From the IMG/VR virus record IMGVR_UViG_3300037467_001950: DNA of 64,000 nucleotides. One strand, written 5' to 3'. This stretch comes from a virus. The notes under the pieces were generated by a model. The model made no database searches. It saw nothing but the letters and a program-made list of their open reading frames with translations, and was not told the DNA's origin. This document shows, one piece after another, positions 44,942-52,744 of this stretch. A program made the position numbers and the translations under genes. Position 1 is the first letter of the stretch; every line of letters starts with the position of its first letter.

Positions 44942-45997
44942 TCAGGCGGGTGAAGCCGCCAAACCCGAGCCTGCCAGGCCCCGCCAACTCGTGCGCAGCC
45001 GGTCCCTCGTCGCCGCCGACGCCGCCTGCCCCGCCGGGGTCAACGCCGCCAACCGATCCGCCACCGGCGGCGGCACCGGCGTCACCGGCGCAGCCGGAGC
45101 CTCCCGTGGGCGCACAGCCCGGCCCACCCGCACCGGATACGAACCCCGCGCCGCCGCCGTCGACATCCACCCCCGCCACGCCGCGTCCGGATCAGCCCAC
45201 CGGTTGCCGTGGGAGATGTTGTAGTTCACGAACGCCCGCGTCGCCTGCCCCACGTCCACACCCGGGCACTCACGCAACGCCCACGACACCAACGCCGCCG
45301 ACGGCCGGTAGTCGGCCGCGATCGGAACCCGCACCCGCGCACCCGAATCCCCGCCATCATCTCCGGTCCGGAAAATCCCTTTAGTTTTCTCTTTCAAGAC
45401 TTTTAAAGGGGACCGCGAAACCGCAGGTAGACCGGGGTCCGATACGGTATCCGATACCCTATCGACCCCCACCTCCGATAGGGTATCGACCGCCTGTGAC
45501 ACGACCGGTTCAGCGGCGACGCTTACCGACCCCGAACCGCTTCCCGGGACGACGTTTCCCACGAGCTCGGCCACCGCGGGGTGGGCCCACCCGGCCGGAT
45601 TCAATGCCACCAGACGCCGCAGCACCGCCACCGCCAGGGCCCGCAACCGGCCCGACAGAATCGCCGAGATCGCCCGCGCTACAGCGGGCCGCAGTTTTGG
45701 GGAGCGCACCGCACCCCCCTTCTCGATGCGGTCCACCAACCACAACTCGCCGGTGTCGGCGTCGAGCACCACCATGTCGCGGGCGGCCAGCTCGTCGACG
45801 GCCGCGCGCACCGTGTCCGCGGTCCAACCGCGCGTCCAGCCCGCCACATGCTCGGGATTCCACGCCACCACCCCGGCGTGAGTCAGTTCCGTGGTGCGTT
45901 CCAGCATCATCGCCAGCAGGGTGGCGTCCGGCGATAGCCCGTCGTACCAATCGGGGGTGTAGATGCTGATCGTCGGCAGCGTGACATGTCCAGCCAA
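44942..45997 (-). CDS. putative replication initiator/organiser (function uncertain)
   Basis: TTG 45997 follows GGAAGGAGA. 351 aa: two folded-looking halves joined by a low-complexity linker whose DNA carries the ori-like patch. Confidence 0.5.
   Translation of the reverse strand: MAGHVTLPTISIYTPDWYDGLSPDATLLAMMLERTTELTHAGVVAWNPEHVAGWTRGWTADTVRAAVDELAARDMVVLDADTGELWLVDRIEKGGAVRSPKLRPAVARAISAILSGRLRALAVAVLRRLVALNPAGWAHPAVAELVGNVVPGSGSGSVSVAAEPVVSQAVDTLSEVGVDRVSDTVSDPGLPAVSRSPLKVLKEKTKGIFRTGDDGGDSGARVRVPIAADYRPSAALVSWALRECPGVDVGQATRAFVNYNISHGNRWADPDAAWRGWMSTAAARGSYPVRVGRAVRPREAPAAPVTPVPPPVADRLAALTPAGQAASAATRDRLRTSWRGLAGSGLAASPA
45372..45492. other. candidate origin of replication inside the 44942-45997 gene
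   Basis: AT-rich island GAAAATCCCTTTAGTTTTCTCTTTCAAGACTTTTAAAGG (45372-45410) followed by CCGATA / TATCG iterons: CCGATACGGTATCCGATACCCTATCGAC...CCGATAGGGTATCGAC (45439-45492). Confidence 0.4.
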
Positions 45998-46020
45998 CGT
46001 CGTCTCCTTCCAACAGGGGT

Positions 46021-46308
46021 TCAGCTCACGAGGCGACGAGCGGCCAAACCCAGCTCGTCGCGGATTCGGGCCGTCGTGGCCAAGGTCATGCGGGTATGGG
46101 CCGCGATCCGGGAGTCGGACCACCCGGCCTCCCACAGCTGGCGCACCAGCATGTGCCGGTCGCGGCGGGTCAACGCATCAGCCGGGGTGTCCCCAGCCAA
46201 CGCCGAGGCGTACGGGCCCGGCTCGTCCGGTCCGCCGGCCGGAACCGGGGGCGGGGACCACCAGGTGCGCCGCCCCGCAGAGTCGCGGCGCACCTGGGCC
46301 TCACCCAT
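46021..46308 (-). CDS. HTH DNA-binding protein
   Basis: Reverse ATG 46308. The C-terminal RRDRHMLVRQLWEAGWSDSRIAAHTRMTLATTARIRDELG is a sigma-70 region 4 / LuxR-like HTH. Confidence 0.55.
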   Translation of the reverse strand: MGEAQVRRDSAGRRTWWSPPPVPAGGPDEPGPYASALAGDTPADALTRRDRHMLVRQLWEAGWSDSRIAAHTRMTLATTARIRDELGLAARRLVS

Positions 46309-46519
46309 CCACGCCTCCGCGGCGGACGCGTTCGGCGTGCAGCTCGGCCAGCAGCCGTGTCGCCAACGCCCGCCCCGTCCCGGGCGGCAGGGCCGCGATC
46401 TGCTGCTCCCAGATACGAAGCAACCCGCCCGTTGGGCGGGGTGAGGCCCCGGAGGGGTCGCGGGCGAAGTCGGCGACCAACGCCAGATGGCGGGCCGCGC
46501 GCGGGTCAGGTGTCTGCAT
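46301..46519 (-). CDS. hypothetical protein
   Basis: 72 aa. It overlaps both neighbours by a few nt. Confidence 0.4.
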   Translation of the reverse strand: MQTPDPRAARHLALVADFARDPSGASPRPTGGLLRIWEQQIAALPPGTGRALATRLLAELHAERVRRGGVDG

Positions 46520-46745
46520 TGCGTCGTCTTCCCCACGGGTACACCCCGCGCTGAATGCGTGAGACCTTGGAGCGGGTGTTGGCCAGCGACCGGTGATCGC
46601 TCGGGCTGCCCGGCACGCTGACCTTCTGTCCGGTGCCTGGCCAGCGCAGCTTCCAGTGCCCGCGCGAACACCCGAGGTCTTCCCACCCGTCGGCGATCAT
46701 CCTCTCGATCAGCTCCCGGGTCTCTTTGTGCGGGGGCCCGCTCAT
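46506..46745 (-). CDS. HicA-like protein (toxin-family fold, weak call)
   Basis: TRELIERMIADGWEDLGCSRGHWKLRWPGTGQKVSVPGSPSDHRSLAN resembles the HicA layout (..L...GW.....GSH......G....V.......). Confidence 0.45.
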   Translation of the reverse strand: MSGPPHKETRELIERMIADGWEDLGCSRGHWKLRWPGTGQKVSVPGSPSDHRSLANTRSKVSRIQRGVYPWGRRRNADT

Positions 46746-46936
46746 CGGCCCTCCTGCACCACGTACCAGACGACCCAGCCGGCGGCGATCGCGGAGACCG
46801 CGACCAACGCCAGCACCAGTGACACGAACAGCAGGCCGATGCCGACCGACAGCATCAGCCCGGCCCGCCCCACGTCACCCCACAGCCCGAGGGCTTCGGG
46901 GTCGACGTGGGGCAGGTGCGGTAGGTGCGGGTTCAT
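46742..46936 (-). CDS. small membrane protein
   Basis: Reverse ATG 46936 (ATGA overlap). LMLSVGIGLLFVSLVLALVAVSAIAAGWVVWYVV. Confidence 0.45.
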   Translation of the reverse strand: MNPHLPHLPHVDPEALGLWGDVGRAGLMLSVGIGLLFVSLVLALVAVSAIAAGWVVWYVVQEGR

Positions 46937-47859
46937 GCCGCGTCCTCGGCCGGTTTGGCGGCGGAGGCCTTGTTGGCCGCCGCCATGCGCGCCCACATGT
47001 CGCGCAGGTAATCCACCAGCACCGTCGGCTTGCCGAACTCGTCGAGCATCGGCGCGCCCTCGAGCTGCCACCGCTTGGCCTCGGCCCCCAGCGCTTTGAG
47101 CTCGTCCGGCGACGTCGCGGCCAGCGCGCGATCACGCAGCTCCGACGGGACGGGTCCGCGTTCACCTTCGGACAGGAACCGGTCGATCGCCTGGGCCAAC
47201 TCGATGCCCGGCTTCTTCCACACGTCGCCGGCGTCGATGTCTTCGATACGGGACTTGCCGACGACGAGGTTATGTTCCAGATCCATATCGCCGACCAAGT
47301 CGAACTCGTATTCGATACCGGCGCGCTGCTCTGGTTTCAGACCCACCCGGGTCGGCTGCTGCTTGCCGGAGCCGTTGGTGGACAGCACGTATTCCGTCTT
47401 CACCCGCAACGTGGTGATGATGTGGCCCGGGTAGGCGAGGATGGCGTCGAGCATCCTTTTCTCCTCCGGGCCCATCTCCTTCCAGCCGGAGGTGAACTTG
47501 TTGCCGTTGACGGTGCGCCGGTCGACCTGCTCCAACATGCCGTCGGTGCCCATCCAGTAGTGCGACAGGCTGTCGATCATCATCACGTCGTAGCCGTGCT
47601 CGGCGGCTTGGCCGAGGTAACGCACCAGCGACATCGGCTCGAAGCGGGTCGGGCAGATGGTGTCGAACCGCCAGCCGTTGCGCCCGACGTACTTGGAGGC
47701 GGTGCGCCGCTCGGAGTCGATGACGGCCACCTTCTCGCCGAGACCGAACGCGAGCATCAGGCCGGTGTAGGTTTTGCCGCTCCCGGATGGGCCGGTCAGG
47801 CACACCCGCGCCTTCGTGGCCTCCTTGGTGGCGGGCGCGAATTCCAAATCTTCGATCAC
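46933..47859 (-). CDS. RecA-fold ATPase, AAA_24 / Sak4-like
   Basis: Walker A LTGPSGSGKT, Walker B VMMIDSLS, and a size and layout typical of phage Sak4-like annealase ATPases. Confidence 0.75.
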   Translation of the reverse strand: MIEDLEFAPATKEATKARVCLTGPSGSGKTYTGLMLAFGLGEKVAVIDSERRTASKYVGRNGWRFDTICPTRFEPMSLVRYLGQAAEHGYDVMMIDSLSHYWMGTDGMLEQVDRRTVNGNKFTSGWKEMGPEEKRMLDAILAYPGHIITTLRVKTEYVLSTNGSGKQQPTRVGLKPEQRAGIEYEFDLVGDMDLEHNLVVGKSRIEDIDAGDVWKKPGIELAQAIDRFLSEGERGPVPSELRDRALAATSPDELKALGAEAKRWQLEGAPMLDEFGKPTVLVDYLRDMWARMAAANKASAAKPAEDAA

Positions 47860-47929
47860 GAAATCGTTCCTTGCTCGGGATGCGGGTGCGCCGCACCCAC
47901 GCGGGGGCGCACCCGGGGGAATGGGGGTT

Positions 47930-48157
47930 CTACGCGGCGGCAGTGGCGCGGCCGCTGTAGCGGGCGAAGTAGGCGGTGTTGGCGTCCCGGCACGGCGGGC
48001 ACCGGCACAGCCACCCGTTGTAGATGGAACGCGAACCGTGCCGCGGCGCGTTGACGGCGAACCAGAAGCCGCCGTTCTCGTCCTCGACCCAGATCAGTTC
48101 GCGTTCCCGGCGGGCCAAGGTGTCGGCCACTCGTGGACTACTGGTCTTTTCGTTCAC
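47930..48157 (-). CDS. hypothetical protein (CRCPPCR motif)
   Basis: 75 aa. YNGWLCRCPPCRDANTAYF. Confidence 0.5.
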   Translation of the reverse strand: MNEKTSSPRVADTLARRERELIWVEDENGGFWFAVNAPRHGSRSIYNGWLCRCPPCRDANTAYFARYSGRATAAA

Positions 48158-48701
48158 CGCTGATCAACTCCGGGGGGAAAGAGGCGCCGTCAAACAGTTG
48201 GCGCAATTCGAGGCGACCGTCACGGAACATCGCCATCAGCTCGTCGAACAGCTGTTCGTCGGTGACACCGCGGGTTCTGGCGAAGGTGGTGTGGCGGGGG
48301 GCGGTGGTGACACGCACCCCGGGCGGGAGCGGCTGCTTGGCCGCGTGAGCCTTCTTCGCCTCGGCGAGCAGACTGTTTTCGTACTGGGGGCGGATGCGTA
48401 GCTCGGTGACCTCTTCCACCGCTTGGGCGCCGTAGCGGTCGACCAGGTAGTCGATGGCTGCTTCGGTGTCGGCGATCGAAAACGACGTGCGACCCTTCTC
48501 CACCGCGACCGCACCTAACTGGATGGGGTCACCGGCCTCGTCGACGCGGTGGCTGACCACCGGGAGGCGGGTGCCGCGTGGGTTGGCGCGGGCGAAGCTT
48601 TCACGCTCGCCGCTGGCAAGGGACCCTATGGCGTCGCCGAGGATCTTGAGCGCCGCTATGCGCAGGTGAGGTGGGATTTCATCTACCACGCGATCACCCA
48701 C
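48138..48701 (-). CDS. hypothetical protein
   Basis: GTG 48701 (an alternative start is 48689). 187 aa. Confidence 0.55.
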   Translation of the reverse strand: MGDRVVDEIPPHLRIAALKILGDAIGSLASGERESFARANPRGTRLPVVSHRVDEAGDPIQLGAVAVEKGRTSFSIADTEAAIDYLVDRYGAQAVEEVTELRIRPQYENSLLAEAKKAHAAKQPLPPGVRVTTAPRHTTFARTRGVTDEQLFDELMAMFRDGRLELRQLFDGASFPPELISGERKDQ

Positions 48702-48874
48702 ACGACCGCGATCACACTCACCGCGATCGCGGCGACGGTGTAGATGGCGATCAGCGTCCCGGGGGACGCCGGCGTGCGGGCGCGGCGATGCCTACCCGGG
48801 GGTAGGTGACGAAAGACTGTGAGGGCGCTATGATGGGCGCGTCCCAATCTAAGTGGACTCTGGTGGTTGAACAT
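48683..48874 (-). CDS. small protein with a C-terminal TM segment
   Basis: Reverse ATG 48874 lies 10 nt after GAGAAGGAAAG and follows the conserved 5'-UTR box. GC3 is poor in the first third. Confidence 0.4.
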   Translation of the reverse strand: MFNHQSPLRLGRAHHSALTVFRHLPPGRHRRARTPASPGTLIAIYTVAAIAVSVIAVVWVIAW

Positions 48875-48884
48875 CTGGGTACTG

Positions 48885-48952
48885 CTTTCCTTCTCGGGAC
48901 GGGAGCCCCCCTACCGCGGGAACCGGCCTAGCCGGTTTAACTGTTGGCGCAG
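48885..48952 (-). promoter_or_regulatory. conserved early 5'-UTR box, copy D, with nested stems
   Basis: The reverse strand reads CTGCGCCAACAG...AACCGGC-TAG-GCCGGTT...GAGAAGGAAAG. The outer stem pairs GCCCCCCTACCGC with GCGGTACGGGGGGC. Confidence 0.45.
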
Positions 48953-49025
48953 TGCGGTACGGGGGGCTTTCTCTATATCCGGTCAGCCTCCGCTCGATCC
49001 ACCTCCCGGCGGGAAGACCGGGGTG

Positions 49026-49056
49026 TTGTGACAGGGCCAACACTGGGTAACAATAT
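49026..49056 (+). promoter_or_regulatory. promoter candidate for the XRE/ImmA operon
   Basis: TTGTGACA...GGGTAACAATATAGG. The -10 region resembles the GGTATGTAATATAG promoters elsewhere in the window. Confidence 0.35.
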
Positions 49057-49228
49057 AGGCTATCTCAAGCTAACACAACACCGAACCATCAACCATCGGT
49101 AGAACCGGCTGTCACCAGGGTAGACCCGCTGTACACTCCGGATCACCGACGACACAGCAGGCACCGCGCCGACCCCGTGGATCCACCACGGGGGCCCGGC
49201 CGTGGGCCGGCGGATAGGCTGCCCCACG

Positions 49229-49618
49229 ATGACCCCCGAAGGTATCGACCTCGCCACGACCCAGAAGATCGGCGAACTGCTCAAAGCCGCACGCGAAGCG
49301 AAGTCGTTGTCCCGGCCCGACCTGGGCGTGCTCGCCGACCTGTCGCGCAACCGGCTCCAGCAGATCGAGCAGGGCTACATCATCCGTGCCGGCGAGACTG
49401 TGAAACGGCCCACTCAACTCAAGCGCGACCAGCTCCTCGCGGTGTGCGACGCACTGGAGATGCCGCCGGAAATTGTTGACCGTATTCTGACCTTGTCCGG
49501 CTATAAGCCACTGGATCGCAGCAGGGAAATCGTATATTTACACGGGCTCTCGGAATCCGAGCGCAACCGGCTGCAGGCACAGGCGGAGAAATACCGGGCC
49601 AACCGGAAGAAGAAATAG
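49229..49618 (+). CDS. XRE-family repressor candidate
   Basis: ATG 49229 (GTG 49202 is possible). QKIGELLKAAREAKSLSRPDLGVLADLSRNRLQQIEQG is a Cro/C1 HTH. Confidence 0.75.
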   Translation: MTPEGIDLATTQKIGELLKAAREAKSLSRPDLGVLADLSRNRLQQIEQGYIIRAGETVKRPTQLKRDQLLAVCDALEMPPEIVDRILTLSGYKPLDRSREIVYLHGLSESERNRLQAQAEKYRANRKKK

Positions 49619-49650
49619 CAGTAGAACTCGGACAAGGTGGTGCGCATTCG

Positions 49651-50232
49651 ATGTCGACGGCCAGCGATCCGGGGTCCACGGGGGCCCTTCGTACCTACGA
49701 CGCCTACGCCGACGCCGAAGCCCTCGGAATCGAGGTCGGGTTCGAGCCGCTGCCCGCCGGCGTGACCGGGGTGCTGCTGCGTGAGCAGTCGGTGGTGTTG
49801 ATCGAAGAAACGCTCGACGAATGTGCCCGCCACGACGAGCTGGCCCATCAGCTCACCCACTGGCGCCACCGGCCCCGGCCGGGCGAAGCCGACCCGCGCC
49901 GGATCGAGGAGGCGGTGCGCCGTGAGACCGCGCGCCGATTGATCCCGCTGCCGACCCTGGCCACCGCCATCGCCACCATCATCGCCACCGACAACGTCAT
50001 CGAACCGGACCCGGCGCTGGTGGCCAACCTGCTGGGGTCCTCGCTGAACACCCTCTACGACCGGCTGCTGTCGATTACGCCCACCGAAATCGGGGGCGCT
50101 CCGGCCGCGGTGCTTCTCGGACTCCTCAAGGTCCAGCCCGCACCGGGCCACACCCACCGCTGCATCCAGGACACCGCGCCGAACGCGGGATGGATGGACC
50201 GGGTACGCGGAATCTTTTCCCGCACAGACTGA
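49651..50232 (+). CDS. ImmA/IrrE-like metallopeptidase
   Basis: The HExxH motif lies within CARHDELAHQLTHW. It is directly downstream of an XRE repressor, as in ImmR/ImmA modules. Confidence 0.6.
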   Translation: MSTASDPGSTGALRTYDAYADAEALGIEVGFEPLPAGVTGVLLREQSVVLIEETLDECARHDELAHQLTHWRHRPRPGEADPRRIEEAVRRETARRLIPLPTLATAIATIIATDNVIEPDPALVANLLGSSLNTLYDRLLSITPTEIGGAPAAVLLGLLKVQPAPGHTHRCIQDTAPNAGWMDRVRGIFSRTD

Positions 50233-50418
50233 TTCGGGTAGCGACAGCGCCCCGACGCGGCGGAACGAATCGAGGCGCTGTCTACCACACACACCCCCGC
50301 CCATAGGCTGGAAGTGGTGAGCCCAGCATAGCGCGCGGCGCCGACACCCCACCCGCCAAGTCTGTATTGGTACAGACCGTGTGCCGTGGACCACTCCCGT
50401 TTCGATAGAGCGAAATCA

Positions 50419-50436
50419 GTACGTGGTATGTAACAC
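50419..50436 (+). promoter_or_regulatory. GTACGTGGTATGTAACAC box upstream of parA
   Basis: The first 15 of its 18 nt match the spacer/-10 of the promoter at 54449-54466. It lies 39 nt upstream of the parA ATG. Confidence 0.4.
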
Positions 50437-50474
50437 TGGGGCCACACACACACTCCACGTTCTGAGGACGCTTC

Positions 50475-51224
50475 ATGAGCAAAACCGAAATCCCCGAAAC
50501 CCTCGAATGGCCTGACTGCCTTGTCATCTCGTTCGGGAACCTGAAAGGTGGCCCCGGAAAGACCACCGCCGCCTTCTTCCTGGCAACCTTCTTCGGCGGT
50601 GAGCTGGGCAAGAAGACCCTGCTCATCGACGCCGACCCGCTGAGCCAGACCGCCTACAGCTGGTACCGCAAGCTCAAAAAGCTGGAAGACACCACGGTCC
50701 CGTTCGACCTGATCCCGTTCCCGTCTCCACAGCTGGGCAACTGCATCGCCGACTACGCGCCGAAGTACGACGTGATCCTGGTCGATGTCGGCGGCGAGTC
50801 CGACGCGATCTTCAAGGCCGCCGTCACCGAATCCGACATCCTGGTCATGCTCGCCACCGCCCAACCGGCGGACGTGAACCGCATCGCCTCGACGTTCGCC
50901 GCCGCCGAGGAGGCTGCGGCCCGCGCCGACAAAACCATTGATGTCTACGTGCTGATGACCAAGATCAAGGAGTTCAAGCGCGACGGCAAGAACGTCTCCA
51001 AGGAGTACTGGGGCCAGCGCCGCAAGCTCGAGGACGCCGACTTCACCGTGCTGGACCGCTACGCCAGCGATTGGAAGTGGTACCGGCAGGCCACCGATGG
51101 CGACCTGGACGGGGGGGTCGCCAACCCCCTGGATAGCGTCGGAGAGTTCAAAGACATCGGCTTCGAGATCCTGACCCGGTTCGCCGACTTCCAGCGTGAG
51201 ATGGCCGAGGAGGCGACCGCCTGA
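50475..51224 (+). CDS. parA: ParA partition ATPase
   Basis: Deviant Walker A GNLKGGPGKTT, then LLIDADP and VILVDVGG. Confidence 0.9.
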   Translation: MSKTEIPETLEWPDCLVISFGNLKGGPGKTTAAFFLATFFGGELGKKTLLIDADPLSQTAYSWYRKLKKLEDTTVPFDLIPFPSPQLGNCIADYAPKYDVILVDVGGESDAIFKAAVTESDILVMLATAQPADVNRIASTFAAAEEAAARADKTIDVYVLMTKIKEFKRDGKNVSKEYWGQRRKLEDADFTVLDRYASDWKWYRQATDGDLDGGVANPLDSVGEFKDIGFEILTRFADFQREMAEEATA

Positions 51225-52366
51225 TGCCCCCGAAGGAACGTAAGCCCCGCCGGCTCGGGGGCAACCAGGCGGCTGCACCCAACCCGCTGACCGACGGCAG
51301 CAACACCCCGGCGGTGTCGCCGCTGGCGAACGCGGCATGGACGCCCGGCATGAAACCGGTAGGCGTCGAGGATCCCTACGCGGGTGGTAACACTGTTACC
51401 ACCACACCGGAAACAGCCCCCGCTGGTAACAGTGTTACCACCTCGCCGATCGCCACCCCGAGTGGTAACACTGTTACCACCTCGGCCAACGGCAACGGTT
51501 CGACCCCGAATGGTGGTAACACTGTTACCAGCCCGCCGACTGGTAACAGTGTTACCAGCTCGCCGGTCGCCCCGATCGGCGAGTTTGCGCACCGGCCGCG
51601 CAACGCCCGCCAGGACTACGAATACGACGTGACCGCCGATCCGGAGCTGGCGTCCCTGTCGGGCAGCATCGCCACCTACGGTCTGCTGCAGGCGGTCACG
51701 GTGTGTTCACGCGACGCGTGGTTGCACCACAACCCGGGCGACGGCGCCAAGATCGGCGATGCGCCGTGGGTGGTGCTCATGGGTAACCGGCGTCTCGCCG
51801 CGGCCCGCGCGGCCGGACTCACCGAGCTGCCCTACTTTCGAGCCGATGCCCTGGCCGACCCGAACCGAGTGCTGGAAGCGGGCATCAGCGAGAACTACCA
51901 CCGCAAGGACACTGACCCCATCCTGGAGGCGGTCGAGTTCCACCGGGCCCTCACGGCGAACAACGAGTCGCGGCGCCAGCTCGCGGCGCGGTTGCGGGTC
52001 AGCCATGTCCACATCGGCAATCGGCTCAACCTGCTGAACCTGATCGCGCCGTTCCAGACGCTCGTGTCCCGGGGTGTCGTGGCGCCGAGCAAGGCTCTGC
52101 CGATCGCGGCGCTGGAGGACAAGGAACAAGAGAGGCTGCTCGAACTCGGCGAGCCCTACAACCCGACCCGACTGCATCGGCCTGTCCCGACTCCGGTGAG
52201 TGGTAACACTGTTACCACCCGCAAGGCGTTGCACATCCCGAAGGCGGTCCCCGCGGGGATCGTCGCGGCGAAGCTGCGCGACAGCATGGACCCGGAGATG
52301 CTGGACGAGGTCGTGAAGCTGCTCACCGATCCGAGTGGTAACAGTGTTACCACCGCGGCGGAATGA
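51224..52366 (+). CDS. parB: ParB partition protein with GN(T/S)VT(T/S) peptide repeats
   Basis: The ParB N-terminal domain box reads LLQAVTV...VVLMGNRRLAAARAAGLTELP. An HTH region follows. ATGA overlap with parA. Confidence 0.85.
   Translation: MPPKERKPRRLGGNQAAAPNPLTDGSNTPAVSPLANAAWTPGMKPVGVEDPYAGGNTVTTTPETAPAGNSVTTSPIATPSGNTVTTSANGNGSTPNGGNTVTSPPTGNSVTSSPVAPIGEFAHRPRNARQDYEYDVTADPELASLSGSIATYGLLQAVTVCSRDAWLHHNPGDGAKIGDAPWVVLMGNRRLAAARAAGLTELPYFRADALADPNRVLEAGISENYHRKDTDPILEAVEFHRALTANNESRRQLAARLRVSHVHIGNRLNLLNLIAPFQTLVSRGVVAPSKALPIAALEDKEQERLLELGEPYNPTRLHRPVPTPVSGNTVTTRKALHIPKAVPAGIVAAKLRDSMDPEMLDEVVKLLTDPSGNSVTTAAE
51385..51557. promoter_or_regulatory. parS-like cluster 1: five copies of TGGTAACA(C/G)TGTTACCA inside the parB 5' region
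   Basis: Copies at 51385-51401, 51424-51440, 51463-51479, 51514-51530 and 51541-51557. Confidence 0.75.
52201..52352. promoter_or_regulatory. parS-like cluster 2: two copies inside the parB 3' region
   Basis: Copies at 52201-52217 and 52336-52352. Confidence 0.7.
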
Positions 52367-52548
52367 GGGAAGCCGTGGCTCACTTCAACTTCCTCACCGG
52401 CCAAGGTATCGACATCCGGATGGAGATCAGGGACAAGCGCGAGGATGTGGAGACGACTGCGCGTATCGACTTCACTCTGGAAGAGGCTGAGGCCTTGCAC
52501 CGGGCGTTGGGTGACAGCATCCGCCAGGTGCGGGCGCATCGTCCCTGA
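52363..52548 (+). CDS. hypothetical protein
   Basis: ATG 52363 (ATGA overlap with the parB stop). 61 aa. Confidence 0.4.
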   Translation: MREAVAHFNFLTGQGIDIRMEIRDKREDVETTARIDFTLEEAEALHRALGDSIRQVRAHRP

Positions 52549-52555
52549 TGTCGGC

Positions 52556-52688
52556 TGGTAACACTGTTACCACCGCGGCCGACTGAGACGCCGGGCCGAC
52601 GAGTGGTAACAGTGCTTCCATCTCCACTCAGCTGGTAACAGTGTTACCACCAGGCGACACAACCGATCAACTGGTAACAGTGTTACCA
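52556..52688. promoter_or_regulatory. parS-like cluster 3: four copies downstream of parB
   Basis: Copies at 52556-52572, 52604-52620 (degenerate), 52633-52649 and 52672-52688. Confidence 0.7.
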
Positions 52689-52744
52689 CCCAACGGAAAA
52701 CGCCCCGTCTGCATCAGCAGGCGGGGCGTTTCGCTGTCCGGGGG

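Noticed and set aside
51059-51592. 177-aa reverse ORF with GNTVTS/GNSVTT repeats antisense to parB.
   Set aside because: It is an artefact of the palindromic sites, which read similarly on both strands. The forward frame carries the ParB domain.
51385-52688. Regularly spaced 17-bp repeats that could be mistaken for a CRISPR array.
   Set aside because: The repeats are perfect palindromes with irregular 20-650 bp spacing, lie mostly inside parB and sit next to parA. No cas genes are present. They are interpreted as parS-like centromere sites.
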